From positions 1-43,250 of the forward strand of contig JAIERD010000163.1 in the NCBI GenBank assembly GCA_019747155.1: 43,250 bases of DNA, read 5' to 3'. The notes beneath the pieces are model-generated. The model was not told the origin of the DNA. It made no database searches and worked only from the letters and a program-made list of their open reading frames with translations. The position numbers and the translations under genes were made by a program. Below, in pieces: positions 26,941-36,524 of the stretch. The DNA comes from Pseudomonadaceae bacterium (GTDB taxonomy: Bacteria; Pseudomonadota; Gammaproteobacteria; Pseudomonadales; Pseudomonadaceae). Within the stretch, counting starts at the first letter, position 1. Each line of letters starts with the position of its first letter.

Positions 26941-27903
26941 ATGGGCATACGCCTCGGAATCGTCATGGATCCAATTGCGGGCATCGCCTTCAAAAAGGAC
27001 AGCTCGCTGGCCATGCTACTGGCAGCGCAGGCCCGTGGCTGGTCACTGTTCTATATGGAACAACAAGACCTTTACCAGAAAGCCAGCATCGCCCGCGCCC
27101 GCATTCGCCCACTACAAGTATTCGAAGATCCCCAGCACTGGTTCGAACTGCAAGACGAGCAGGACATCGCCCTTAGCGAGCTTGATGTCATCCTGATGCG
27201 TAAAGACCCGCCCTTCGACAACGAGTTTGTCTACTCAACCTACCTGCTTGAGCAAGCCGAACAAGCCGGCGTACTGGTGGTCAATCGCCCACAAAGTCTG
27301 CGCGACTGTAACGAGAAGCTGTTTGCCACGTTATTTCCGCAGTGCACGCCGCCGACAGTGGTCAGTCGCCGGGCCGACATTCTGCGCGAGTTTGCCGCTG
27401 AGCAGCGTGACATCATTCTCAAACCGCTGGATGGCATGGGCGGAGCGTCGATCTTTCGGCATCGCGAAGGCGACCCAAATCTCTCGGTCATTCTTGAGAC
27501 TTTAACCGCCCACGGCACCCAGCAGATCATGGCGCAGGGCTATATACCGGCGATTAAAGACGGCGACAAACGCATCCTGATGATCAACGGCGAACCCATT
27601 CCTTACTGCCTGGCGCGCATTCCGGCGGCCGGCGAAACCCGCGGCAATCTGGCCGCCGGCGGACGCGGCGAGGCCCGTCCTTTGACCGAGCGTGACCGCT
27701 GGATTGCAGCCCAAGTCGGTCCCACCCTGCGTGAGAAAGGCTTGCTGTTTGTCGGCCTGGACGTGATTGGCGATTACCTCACCGAAATCAACGTCACCAG
27801 CCCCACCTGCATTCGCGAAATCGACAATGCCTTCGGTACCCGCATCGCCGAACAGCTGATGCAAGCGATCGCCGAACAGCTCACAGCGCGCAGTGCTTCA
27901 TAG
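26941..27903 (+). CDS. gshB: Glutathione synthetase
   Basis: LGIVMDPI, KKDSSLAML, LMRKDPPFD, KPLDGMGG, RGNLAAGG, EINVTSPTC. Confidence 0.97.
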   Translation: MGIRLGIVMDPIAGIAFKKDSSLAMLLAAQARGWSLFYMEQQDLYQKASIARARIRPLQVFEDPQHWFELQDEQDIALSELDVILMRKDPPFDNEFVYSTYLLEQAEQAGVLVVNRPQSLRDCNEKLFATLFPQCTPPTVVSRRADILREFAAEQRDIILKPLDGMGGASIFRHREGDPNLSVILETLTAHGTQQIMAQGYIPAIKDGDKRILMINGEPIPYCLARIPAAGETRGNLAAGGRGEARPLTERDRWIAAQVGPTLREKGLLFVGLDVIGDYLTEINVTSPTCIREIDNAFGTRIAEQLMQAIAEQLTARSAS

Positions 27904-27976
27904 ACTTTTATTCTGACGCTGGGCAGACTGCGCGCAACTTTGAACGCCCCGAGCTGCCCGAGCGTCGCGCCGCACT

Positions 27977-28873
27977 ATGAAAACTGCTAGCCAACCCACC
28001 CCGTTTGTTGCCGCCGGCGTACGTCCGGCGGACAGGCTGGGCTTTACGCTGTTTTTGGCCGCCGCCCTGCATGTGGCGCTGATTCTCGGCCTGAGCTTTA
28101 GTCTGGCCGAACCCGGGCAAATCAGTAAAACCCTGGAAATCACCCTATCGACCTTTAAAAGCGCCGAGAAACCCAAGCAGGCGGATTATCTTGCCCAGGA
28201 CAACCAGCAAGGCAGCGGCACTCTAGACAAAAAAGCCGCGCCAAAGACCACTGAGCGCGCGCTGTTCCAGGACACCCAAGTCAAGCGGGTTACCCCGCCC
28301 GCCGCGCCACCAGCCAGCACCCGCAAAAAAGAAGCGCCGAAAGCTGCGGTCGCGACCAAAGCCCCGCAAACCGAAAAGACCCCAGCCAAGAGCGCACGGG
28401 CCAAGCCCGAAGAGCAATCCCGTCCGGCCCCAGTATTTGATAGCAGTCAGCTGTCGAGCGAAATTGCCAGCCTCGAAGCCCAGCTGGCACAAGAGCAGCA
28501 GCTCTACGCCAAACGACCGAAAATCCAGCGCCTCAACGCCGCCTCCACCATGCGCGACAAAGGCGCTTGGTATAAAGAGGAATGGCGCAAAAAGGTCGAA
28601 CGCATCGGCAACCTCAATTACCCCGACGACGCCCGCCGACAGCGCATCTACGGTAGCCTGCGCCTACTGGTTTCGATCAACCGGGATGGCAGCCTTTACG
28701 AAGTCCAGCTGCTTGAGTCGTCCGGTCAAGACACCCTCGATCAAGCCGCCCTGCGCATCGTTCGCCTCGCAGCCCCCTTCGCCCCATTCAATAAAGACCT
28801 GGCCGAGTTTGACCGTCTGGAAATCATCCGCACCTGGCGTTTTGACCGCAGCGATCACCTCTCCAGCCAGTGA
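27977..28873 (+). CDS. tonB3: TonB-family energy transducer (TonB3-like, linked to type IV pili)
   Basis: N-terminal TM segment with AALH, Pro/Lys/Ala-rich linker, TonB C-terminal domain (GNLNYPDDARR...SSG...LDQAAL). Position between gshB and algH matches P. aeruginosa tonB3. Confidence 0.85.
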   Translation: MKTASQPTPFVAAGVRPADRLGFTLFLAAALHVALILGLSFSLAEPGQISKTLEITLSTFKSAEKPKQADYLAQDNQQGSGTLDKKAAPKTTERALFQDTQVKRVTPPAAPPASTRKKEAPKAAVATKAPQTEKTPAKSARAKPEEQSRPAPVFDSSQLSSEIASLEAQLAQEQQLYAKRPKIQRLNAASTMRDKGAWYKEEWRKKVERIGNLNYPDDARRQRIYGSLRLLVSINRDGSLYEVQLLESSGQDTLDQAALRIVRLAAPFAPFNKDLAEFDRLEIIRTWRFDRSDHLSSQ

Positions 28874-28914
28874 GCTGGCTTGTCAGCGCGCCCCGCGAGC
28901 GACACACTATGCCC

Positions 28915-29484
28915 ATGAAAGATGCCAGCCCAAGCTACCTCAAACACCATTTCCTGATTGCCATGCCGCACATGAGCGATCCGAGCTTTGCGCAGACCGT
29001 AACCTATGTGGTCGAGCACAATGCCGGCGGCGCCATGGGGCTGATCATCAATCGGCCCAGCGGCCTGAGTCTGGCCGATGTTATTGAACAACTAAACCCC
29101 GAGCTTGAACCAAGCAGTACCTGCCAGGACCTGCCGATTTTCTCCGGCGGGCCTGTCCAGACCGAACGCGGCTTCGTGCTACACCCCAGCGGCCAGCAAT
29201 TTCAGGCCACCCTGGAGCTGGGCCCGCTCGGGCTCTCGACCTCGCAAGACGTGTTGTTCGCCATCGCCCAAGGCCATGGCCCCCGCCAGCACCTGATCGC
29301 CCTCGGTTATGCCGGCTGGGACGCCGGTCAACTGGAGGCCGAGCTGGCCGCCAATGCCTGGCTGACCTGCCCGGCCGACCCACAGATTCTGTTCGACTTA
29401 CCCGCCGAACAACGGCTGGCCGCGGCCGCCGCCAGCCTGGGGGTCAACCTCAGCCTGCTGAGCAACCAAGTGGGCCACGCCTAA
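28915..29484 (+). CDS. algH: YqgE/AlgH family protein
   Basis: YLKHHFLIAMPHM, GAMGLIINRP, GGPVQTERGFVLH, LGYAGWDAGQLE. Confidence 0.94.
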   Translation: MKDASPSYLKHHFLIAMPHMSDPSFAQTVTYVVEHNAGGAMGLIINRPSGLSLADVIEQLNPELEPSSTCQDLPIFSGGPVQTERGFVLHPSGQQFQATLELGPLGLSTSQDVLFAIAQGHGPRQHLIALGYAGWDAGQLEAELAANAWLTCPADPQILFDLPAEQRLAAAAASLGVNLSLLSNQVGHA

Positions 29485-29936
29485 TGGCCGCAGAACCGAG
29501 ATTACTGCTGGGCTTTGACTACGGCACCAAACAAATCGGCGTCGCGGTTGGCCAGCTCATCACCGGTCAGGCCCGCGAACTGTGCATTCTCAAGGCACAA
29601 AATGGCGTGCCCGACTGGCAAAAAGTCGAAGCGCTGATCCGTGAATGGCAACCCGACGCCATAGTGGTCGGCCTGCCGCTGAACATGGATGGCACGCCGA
29701 GCGCCATGAGCGAGCGTGCCGAGAAGTTCGCCCGCCGCCTGAATGGTCGCTACAACCTACCCGTGCACATGCAGGATGAACGCCTGACCACCTACGAGGC
29801 CAAGGGCCAACGTCTAAGCGAAGGCCAGCGCGGCAGTTACCGTGACAATCCGGTCGATGCGCTCGCCGCCGCGCTGCTGCTGGAAAGCTGGCTCGCCACC
29901 TACGGCGAGAACAAGGCCAACGAGGAGCGCCAATGA
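29484..29936 (+). CDS. yqgF: YqgF/RuvX pre-16S rRNA maturation nuclease
   Basis: [37 protein letters not shown]. Confidence 0.95.
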   Translation: MAAEPRLLLGFDYGTKQIGVAVGQLITGQARELCILKAQNGVPDWQKVEALIREWQPDAIVVGLPLNMDGTPSAMSERAEKFARRLNGRYNLPVHMQDERLTTYEAKGQRLSEGQRGSYRDNPVDALAAALLLESWLATYGENKANEERQ

Positions 29937-30442
29937 ACCTGCCCGACCCCGCAACACTGCTGCCGCAAATGGCCGCAGCCCTCACAGCGCACCTACAGCA
30001 ACGGCAGATCAGCGAACCGCGCTTTATCGGCATTCGCACCGGTGGCATCTGGGTTGCCGAGGCGCTGTTGCAACACCTCGGCCTGCAGGCGCCACTAGGC
30101 ACCCTGGACGTTTCGTTCTACCGCGACGATTTCAGCCAAAGCGGCCTGCACCCACAGGTACGCCCCTCGGCACTGCCGTTTGAGATTGAAGGTCAGCATT
30201 TAGTGCTGATTGATGACGTACTGATGAGTGGCCGCACCATTCGCGCCGCCCTCAATGAACTGTTCGACTACGGCCGCCCGGCCAGCGTAACCCTGGTCTG
30301 CCTACTGGACCTGAACGCCGGCGAATTGCCGATTCGCCCCGACGTGGTCGGCGCCAGCCTGTCGCTCGCCGCCACCGAGCGGGTAAAATTGCTCGGGCCA
30401 GCCCCGCTCACGCTCGTACGCCAGACTATTGCCCCCAACTGA
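29933..30442 (+). CDS. pyrR: PyrR pyrimidine regulator / uracil phosphoribosyltransferase-like protein
   Basis: [43 protein letters not shown] overlap with yqgF. Confidence 0.94.
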   Translation: MNLPDPATLLPQMAAALTAHLQQRQISEPRFIGIRTGGIWVAEALLQHLGLQAPLGTLDVSFYRDDFSQSGLHPQVRPSALPFEIEGQHLVLIDDVLMSGRTIRAALNELFDYGRPASVTLVCLLDLNAGELPIRPDVVGASLSLAATERVKLLGPAPLTLVRQTIAPN

Positions 30443-30453
30443 GACCCATCGCG

Positions 30454-31464
30454 ATGACGCCGACTGCCGCTAAGCGCCCGCTGCAACTCAATGACCTGGG
30501 CCAACTGCGCCACTTCCTCTCGATTGACGGGTTATCCCGCGAGTTACTAACGGAAATCCTCGACACTGCCGACTCTTTTCTCGAAGTCGGCGCCCGCGCC
30601 GTGAAAAAAGTCCCGCTGCTGCGCGGCAAGACCGTCTGCAATGTGTTCTTCGAGAACTCCACCCGCACCCGCACCACCTTCGAGCTGGCCGCTCAGCGGC
30701 TGTCGGCCGACGTTATCACCCTGAATGTGTCGACCTCCTCGACCAGCAAGGGCGAAACCCTGCTCGACACCCTGCGCAACCTTGAGGCCATGGCCGCCGA
30801 CATGTTCGTGGTTCGCCATGGCGATTCTGGCGCCGCGCACTTTATTGCCGAGCACGTCTGCCCCAACGTCGCCATCATCAACGGCGGTGACGGCCGCCAC
30901 GCGCACCCGACCCAAGGCATGCTCGACATGCTGACCATCCGCCGCCACAAAGGCGGCTTCGAAAACCTCTCGGTGGCGATTGTCGGCGACATCCTCCATT
31001 CGCGAGTGGCGCGCTCCAACATGCTGGCGCTGAAAACCCTTGGCTGCCCGGATATTCGCGTGATTGCGCCGAAAACCCTGCTGCCAGTCGGCATCGAACA
31101 ATACGGCGTCAGCGTGTACACCGACCTGGCCGAAGGCCTCAAGGATGTCGACGTCATCATCATGCTGCGCCTGCAAACCGAACGCATGCACGGCGGTCTG
31201 CTGCCGAGCGCCGGGGAGTTTTACCGCACCTACGGCCTGACCACCCAACGTTTGGCACTGGCCAAGCCGGATGCGCTGGTGATGCACCCAGGGCCGATCA
31301 ATCGCGGGGTGGAAATTGAGTCGGCCGTCGCCGACGGGCCGCAATCGGTGATTCTCAATCAGGTCACCTACGGCATCGCGATTCGCATGGCCGTGCTGTC
31401 GATGGCAATGAGTGGGCAAGCTGCCCAGCGCCAACTGAATCAAGACCGCGAGGAGCAGCACTGA
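30454..31464 (+). CDS. pyrB: Aspartate carbamoyltransferase catalytic subunit
   Basis: [44 protein letters not shown]. Confidence 0.97.
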   Translation: MTPTAAKRPLQLNDLGQLRHFLSIDGLSRELLTEILDTADSFLEVGARAVKKVPLLRGKTVCNVFFENSTRTRTTFELAAQRLSADVITLNVSTSSTSKGETLLDTLRNLEAMAADMFVVRHGDSGAAHFIAEHVCPNVAIINGGDGRHAHPTQGMLDMLTIRRHKGGFENLSVAIVGDILHSRVARSNMLALKTLGCPDIRVIAPKTLLPVGIEQYGVSVYTDLAEGLKDVDVIIMLRLQTERMHGGLLPSAGEFYRTYGLTTQRLALAKPDALVMHPGPINRGVEIESAVADGPQSVILNQVTYGIAIRMAVLSMAMSGQAAQRQLNQDREEQH

Positions 31465-32735
31465 TGCGTACTCATATCATCGGCGCGCGGGTGATAGATC
31501 CGGCCAGCGGCCTGGATCAGATCACCGACCTGTTTTTGGAGGGCGGCAAGATCGCCGCCTTCGGTCAAGCGCCGAGCGGCTTTGTCGCGGAACGCAGCAT
31601 TGACGCCAAGGGTTTGGTGGCCAGCCCAGGGCTGGTCGACCTGGCCGTGGCCCTGCGCGAACCGGGCTACAGCCGCAAGGGCTCAATCGCCAGCGAAACC
31701 CTCGCTGCGGCGGCCGGCGGTGTCACCAGCCTGTGCTGCCCGCCGCTGACCAAGCCGGTGCTGGACACCTCGGCAGTGGCCGAACTGATCCTCGATCGTG
31801 CCCGCGAAGCCGGGCATTGCAAAGTCTTTCCGATCGGCGCCCTGAGCAAAAACCTCGAAGGCGAACAGCTCGCCGAACTGGTGGCGCTGCGCGACGCCGG
31901 CTGCGTGGCCTTCGGCAATGGCCTGCAGAGCTTCAGCAACAACCGCACCCTCTGCCGGGCGCTGGAGTACGCCGCCACGTTCAATCTGACGGTGATTTTC
32001 CACTCCCAGGACCGCGACCTCGCGGCCGGCGGCATTGCCCACGAAGGCCCGACCGCCAGCTTCCTTGGCCTGGCCGGCATCCCCGAGAGCGCCGAGACCG
32101 TCGCCCTGGCCCGCGACCTGCTGCTGGTGGAGCAATCCGGGGTACGCGCGCATTTTAGCCAACTCAGCACGGCGCGCGGTGCGCAGATGATCGCCGAGGC
32201 CCAGGCGCGCGGTCTGCCGGTAACCGCCGACGTGGCGTTGTATCAGCTGATTCTGACCGATGAGGCACTGAGCGAGTTTTCCAGCCTCTATCATGTGCAG
32301 CCACCGCTGCGCACCCATGCTGATCGCGACGGCTTGCGTGCAGCGGTTAAGTCCGGGGTGATCAAGGCCATCGCCAGCCATCACCAACCCCACGAAGCGG
32401 ATGCCAAACTGGCACCCTTCGCCGCCACCGAACCGGGCATCAGCAGCGTTGAGTTGCTGCTGCCGCTGGCCATGACCCTGGTCCAGGATGGCCTGCTCGA
32501 CCTGCCCACCCTGCTTGCCCGCCTCAGTGCCGGACCCGCCAAGGCCCTGCGCCTGCCGGTCGGCCGCTTGGCGGTAGGCGCCCCCGCAGACCTGCTGCTG
32601 TTCGACCCACAAGGCTCGACCCTGGCCGGCGAGCGCTGGTTATCGAAAGGCGCCAACTGCCCCTTTATCGGCCACTGCTTGCCGGGAGCCGTGCGTTACA
32701 CCTTGGTGGATGGCCGTATCAGCTTCCAAGGTTAA
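31464..32735 (+). CDS. pyrC': Non-catalytic dihydroorotase-like ATCase subunit (PyrC'/PyrX)
   Basis: Dihydroorotase-like sequence, but the metal-binding HxH reads DLAVALREPG. Start overlaps the pyrB stop. Confidence 0.9.
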   Translation: MRTHIIGARVIDPASGLDQITDLFLEGGKIAAFGQAPSGFVAERSIDAKGLVASPGLVDLAVALREPGYSRKGSIASETLAAAAGGVTSLCCPPLTKPVLDTSAVAELILDRAREAGHCKVFPIGALSKNLEGEQLAELVALRDAGCVAFGNGLQSFSNNRTLCRALEYAATFNLTVIFHSQDRDLAAGGIAHEGPTASFLGLAGIPESAETVALARDLLLVEQSGVRAHFSQLSTARGAQMIAEAQARGLPVTADVALYQLILTDEALSEFSSLYHVQPPLRTHADRDGLRAAVKSGVIKAIASHHQPHEADAKLAPFAATEPGISSVELLLPLAMTLVQDGLLDLPTLLARLSAGPAKALRLPVGRLAVGAPADLLLFDPQGSTLAGERWLSKGANCPFIGHCLPGAVRYTLVDGRISFQG

Positions 32736-32875
32736 CGGGCCGCTGAAAAACTACTGCGCTAGGCTATGCCGCGTTGAAATCAGCCTCAAAATGCTCATTT
32801 ACGACCAGTAAACTGCGCTTTTTCGGCTGATTTCGCCTTGCCTAGCCGTCGCTCGCTACATTTTTCAACGGCCTG
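32736..32875. mobile_element. 140-bp MITE-like dispersed element, copy 2
   Basis: cgggccgctgaaaaa ... tttttcaacggcctg, flanked by TTAA and GTAA. 12 substitutions relative to copy 1 by manual alignment. Confidence 0.8.
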
Positions 32876-32888
32876 GTAAAGCCTCCAT

Positions 32889-32917
32889 AACAGAAAGGCC
32901 CGCCAATGGGCGGGCCT
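32889..32917 (-). terminator. Probable intrinsic terminator for the TM2 gene
   Basis: 9-bp stem aggcccgcc/ggcgggcct (32896-32917) with a 4-nt loop, followed by TTCTGTT on the minus strand. Confidence 0.65.
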
Positions 32918-32957
32918 GATTGCTGAAGACAACAGCTGTGTCTTGCTGACTGCCGAC

Positions 32958-33371
32958 TTACAACGCCAAGCGCGAACTCTCGGCATTGCCGACCGAAACC
33001 TGATCGTTCAGCGTCCAAAAGTCATAGAGCACACCGAGCAGAAAAAAGCCGCCGGTAAACAAGTACAGAATCCCGCTGATCCACTTGCCCTGATACATCC
33101 GGTGCACACCAAACAGCCCGAGAAACACCAATAAAATCCACGCCAGGTTGTAATCCAAGGGGCCGGCGTTAAAGCGTAAATCCGCCTCGCGATCCATCGA
33201 CGGGATCAGAAACAAGTCGATGATCCAGCCAATCCCCAGCAAGCCAAAAGTGAAGAACCACAGGGTGCCGGTCACCGGCTTGCCGTAATAAAAACGATGG
33301 GCTCCGAGAAAACCGAAAATCCACAACAGATAACCGATGGCCTTGCTGTGCGTATCTTGAACGACTTGCAT
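32958..33371 (-). CDS. TM2/NINE domain membrane protein (two TM2 repeats)
   Basis: GFLGAHRFYYGK and GLFGVHRMYQGK repeats. GGAG RBS. Confidence 0.88.
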   Translation of the reverse strand: MQVVQDTHSKAIGYLLWIFGFLGAHRFYYGKPVTGTLWFFTFGLLGIGWIIDLFLIPSMDREADLRFNAGPLDYNLAWILLVFLGLFGVHRMYQGKWISGILYLFTGGFFLLGVLYDFWTLNDQVSVGNAESSRLAL

Positions 33372-33435
33372 ACTGCTCTCCTGCAGACTGATGACTATTC
33401 AATGGCGGCGGCCTACCTCACCCCTCGCACAAATG

Positions 33436-33461
33436 AAAAACCCGCACAGCGGCGGGTTTTT
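33436..33461. terminator. Intrinsic terminator downstream of pilU
   Basis: aaaaacccgc-acagcg-gcgggttttt, 15 nt past the pilU stop. Confidence 0.8.
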
Positions 33462-33476
33462 GCAGCAACCTTAAGC

Positions 33477-34622
33477 TTAACGGAAACGCCGTCCCGGACC
33501 GTCATCGCTGGCCTCCAACGACAAACCTTGCGACAAACTGCTCAGATGGTCGCCATCGGTCTCCGAACCCAGCTTGATCATCAGGCGCAAATCGTTCGCC
33601 GAGTCGGCATGTGACAACGCGTCCTCATAGGTGATCTCACCCTGGCTGTAGAGGTTATACAGCGCCTGATCGAAGGTCTGCATGCCCAGTTCGGTGGAGC
33701 GCTTCATCAAGGCTTTGAGTTCGTGCACCTCGCCCTTGCGAATCAAGTCGGCAGCCAGCGGGGTATTAATCAGCACCTCAATCACCGCACGGCGGCCTTT
33801 ACCGTCTGGGGTCGGCACCAATTGCTGGGCAACGATGGCTTTAAGGTTCAACGACAAATCCATCCACACCTGTTGCTGACGGTCGGCTGGGAAGAAGTTG
33901 ATGATCCGGTCCAAGGCCTGGTTGGCGTTGTTGGCGTGCAAGGTGGCCAAACACAGGTGACCGGTTTCAGCGAACACCACAGCGTGGTCCATGGTCTCGC
34001 GGGTGCGCACCTCGCCGATCATGATCACGTCCGGCGCCTGGCGCAGGGTGTTCTTTAGCGCGACCTCAAAGGTCTCGGTATCGATACCCACTTCACGCTG
34101 GGTGACGATGCAGCTCTGGTGCTGGTGAATATATTCAATCGGATCTTCGATCGAGATGATGTGGCCACTGCTGTTTTTGTTGCGGTAGCCGATCATCGCC
34201 GCCAGCGAGGTCGACTTACCGGTACCGGTGGCGCCAACAAATAACACCAAGCCGCGCTTGGTCAGCGACAGCTGCTTGAGCACTTCCGGCAGCTTCAAGT
34301 CTTCCAAAGTAGGAATATTGGTTTCAATCCGCCGTAGCACCATGCCAGCCAAGTTGCGCTGGTAGAAAGCACTGACCCGGAAACGCCCGACGCCGCGGGC
34401 GCTGATGGCGAAGTTGCATTCATGGCTCTCGGCAAAGTCGCGGCGCTGCTGCTCGTTCATCACCGAATGCACGGTTTCACGGGTTTGCTCCGGCGACATG
34501 GCGTTTTTGGTCACTGGCATGATTTTGCCGTTGACCTTCATCGACGGCGGCACGCCAGCAGTAATAAACAGGTCTGAGGCGCCTTTTTCGACCATTAAAC
34601 GCAACAGCTTTTCGAATTCCAT
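33477..34622 (-). CDS. pilU: Type IV pilus retraction ATPase PilU
   Basis: MEFEKLLRLM, GATGTGKST, IEDPIE, LRQAPDVIMIGEVR, TLHANNANQA. Confidence 0.96.
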   Translation of the reverse strand: MEFEKLLRLMVEKGASDLFITAGVPPSMKVNGKIMPVTKNAMSPEQTRETVHSVMNEQQRRDFAESHECNFAISARGVGRFRVSAFYQRNLAGMVLRRIETNIPTLEDLKLPEVLKQLSLTKRGLVLFVGATGTGKSTSLAAMIGYRNKNSSGHIISIEDPIEYIHQHQSCIVTQREVGIDTETFEVALKNTLRQAPDVIMIGEVRTRETMDHAVVFAETGHLCLATLHANNANQALDRIINFFPADRQQQVWMDLSLNLKAIVAQQLVPTPDGKGRRAVIEVLINTPLAADLIRKGEVHELKALMKRSTELGMQTFDQALYNLYSQGEITYEDALSHADSANDLRLMIKLGSETDGDHLSSLSQGLSLEASDDGPGRRFR

Positions 34623-34670
34623 GTGCTCTCTCGCCTATTAATGGCAGTGCAATAACGACGCTGGCCGTAA

Positions 34671-35705
34671 TCAGAAGTTTTCTGGGGTCTTGGATTTTTC
34701 GCGGGCGTTTTCCCGGGTAATCAGCCCTTTGGCGACCAGGCCCTTGAGGCACGAGTCGAGGGTCTGCATGCCGAGCGAACCGCCGGTTTGAATCGCCGAA
34801 TACATCTGCGCAACCTTGTCTTCACGGATCAGGTTACGAATCGCCGCGGTGCCGATCATGATTTCGTGGGCCGCCACCCGGCCACCGCCGACCTTCTTGA
34901 TCAGGGTCTGGGAGATCACCGACTGCAGCGACTCCGACAGCATCGAGCGGACCATGGACTTCTCTTCGGCGGGGAACACGTCGACCACTCGGTCGATGGT
35001 TTTCGCCGCCGAGGTGGTGTGCAGTGTGCCAAACACCAAGTGCCCGGTTTCGGCGGCCGTCAGGGCCAAACGAATGGTCTCCAAATCGCGCATTTCGCCG
35101 ACCAGAATGATGTCCGGGTCTTCCCGCAAGGCCGATCGCAAGGCTTCCGAGAAGCCCAAAGTATCGCGATGGACTTCCCGTTGGTTGATTAGACATTTTT
35201 TCGATTCGTGGACGAATTCGATTGGGTCTTCAACGGTGAGAATGTGGTGATATTTGTTACTGTTTATATAGTCGAGCATCGCCGCCAGGGTGGTCGACTT
35301 ACCCGAACCGGTCGGCCCGGTGACCAACACCAAGCCACGCGGCACATCGGAAATCTTCTTAAAGATTTCGCCCATGCCAAGGTCTTCCATGCTCAAGACC
35401 TTGGAGGGAATGGTCCGAAACACCGCGCCAGCGCCACGGTTCTGGTTAAAGGCGTTAACCCGAAACCGCGCCACGCCAGGCACTTCAAAGGAGAAGTCGG
35501 TTTCGAGGAACTCCTCGAAGTCTTTGCGCTGCTTGTCGTTCATGATGTCGTAGATCAACGCGTGCACTTGCTTGTGATCCAAGGGCGGCAGGTTGATCCG
35601 GCGCACATCGCCGTCGACGCGAATCATCGGCGGCAAACCCGCCGAGAGATGCAGGTCTGAAGCGCCTTGCTTGGCGCTGAAGGCAAGCAACTCAGTGATA
35701 TCCAT
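34671..35705 (-). CDS. pilT: Type IV pilus retraction ATPase PilT
   Basis: MDITELLAF, GPTGSGKSTT, LREDPD, TLHT, AIRNLIRE, GMQTLD. Confidence 0.97.
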   Translation of the reverse strand: MDITELLAFSAKQGASDLHLSAGLPPMIRVDGDVRRINLPPLDHKQVHALIYDIMNDKQRKDFEEFLETDFSFEVPGVARFRVNAFNQNRGAGAVFRTIPSKVLSMEDLGMGEIFKKISDVPRGLVLVTGPTGSGKSTTLAAMLDYINSNKYHHILTVEDPIEFVHESKKCLINQREVHRDTLGFSEALRSALREDPDIILVGEMRDLETIRLALTAAETGHLVFGTLHTTSAAKTIDRVVDVFPAEEKSMVRSMLSESLQSVISQTLIKKVGGGRVAAHEIMIGTAAIRNLIREDKVAQMYSAIQTGGSLGMQTLDSCLKGLVAKGLITRENAREKSKTPENF

Positions 35706-35768
35706 GGAACTCCCCAAAAACTAGTAAGCAGGTAGAATGCCGCAGACCCTAAGCGGCGAGCGCAGGTA

Positions 35769-36524
35769 ATGTCCACGATAGCAGAGAATATTGCAAAGGT
35801 CGGTGCGCGCATCCGTGCGGCGGCGCAAGCATCTAAGCGAGATATAGCCAGCATTGGCCTGCTGGCGGTAAGTAAAACCAAGCCGGCCAACGCAGTGCGG
35901 GAGGCCTTCGCGGCAGGCGTGCACGACTTCGGTGAAAACTACCTGCAAGAGGCGCTGGAGAAACAGCGTGAGCTGGCCAATTTACCCCTGATCTGGCATT
36001 TCATCGGGCCGATTCAGTCCAACAAGACCAAGGCGATTGCCGAGCACTTCGACTGGGTGCATTCGGTCGAGCGCTTGAAAGTCGCCCAGCGCCTGTCCGA
36101 GCAACGCCCCAGCGATCTGCCAGCGCTGAATATCTGCCTACAGGTCAATATCAGCGCTGAGCCCAGCAAAGCCGGTTGTTCGGCCGAGGAATTACCGGCC
36201 CTAGCCGCCGCCATCGCCCAACTGCCCAGGCTCAAGCTGCGCGGACTGATGGCCATCCCCGAGCCAACCGCCGACCTCGATGCTCAGCGCGCCGCCTTTG
36301 CCCGCCTGCGCGAACTGCAGAACAGTTTAAATATTAGTCTCAAGCTCGATCTCGACAGCCTCTCCATGGGCATGAGCGACGACCTGGAAGCGGCGATCAG
36401 CCAAGGCTCGACCTGGGTTCGCATCGGCAGCGCGCTGTTTGGCGCCCGCGACTACAGCCAGCCCTCGCCAGCCCCGACAACCGCCGACGCGGCCCCCGCA
36501 TTTATTAAGGAAACCCCGTTATGA
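35769..36524 (+). CDS. yggS: PLP homeostasis protein YggS
   Basis: LLAVSKTKP, FGENYLQE, WHFIGPIQSNK, LSMGMSDD, VRIGSALFGAR. TAGAAT -10-like hexamer at 35733-38. Confidence 0.95.
   Translation: MSTIAENIAKVGARIRAAAQASKRDIASIGLLAVSKTKPANAVREAFAAGVHDFGENYLQEALEKQRELANLPLIWHFIGPIQSNKTKAIAEHFDWVHSVERLKVAQRLSEQRPSDLPALNICLQVNISAEPSKAGCSAEELPALAAAIAQLPRLKLRGLMAIPEPTADLDAQRAAFARLRELQNSLNISLKLDLDSLSMGMSDDLEAAISQGSTWVRIGSALFGARDYSQPSPAPTTADAAPAFIKETPL

Noticed and set aside
29933-30453. PyrR-type RNA attenuator for pyrB
   Set aside because: pyrR overlaps yqgF and is only 11 nt from pyrB, leaving no leader for a terminator/antiterminator.
30547-32612. Minus-strand ORFs of about 300 aa opposite pyrB and pyrC'
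   Set aside because: Antisense shadows of conserved enzyme genes.
12055-32875. Repeats read as a CRISPR array or as ends of a composite transposon
   Set aside because: No repeat-spacer periodicity or cas genes. The DNA between the two 140-bp copies is syntenic core genome, and each copy has its own TAA-containing flanks.
32795-32986. 63-aa minus-strand ORF running into the 140-bp element
   Set aside because: Built from terminator and repeat sequence, with no transposase features.
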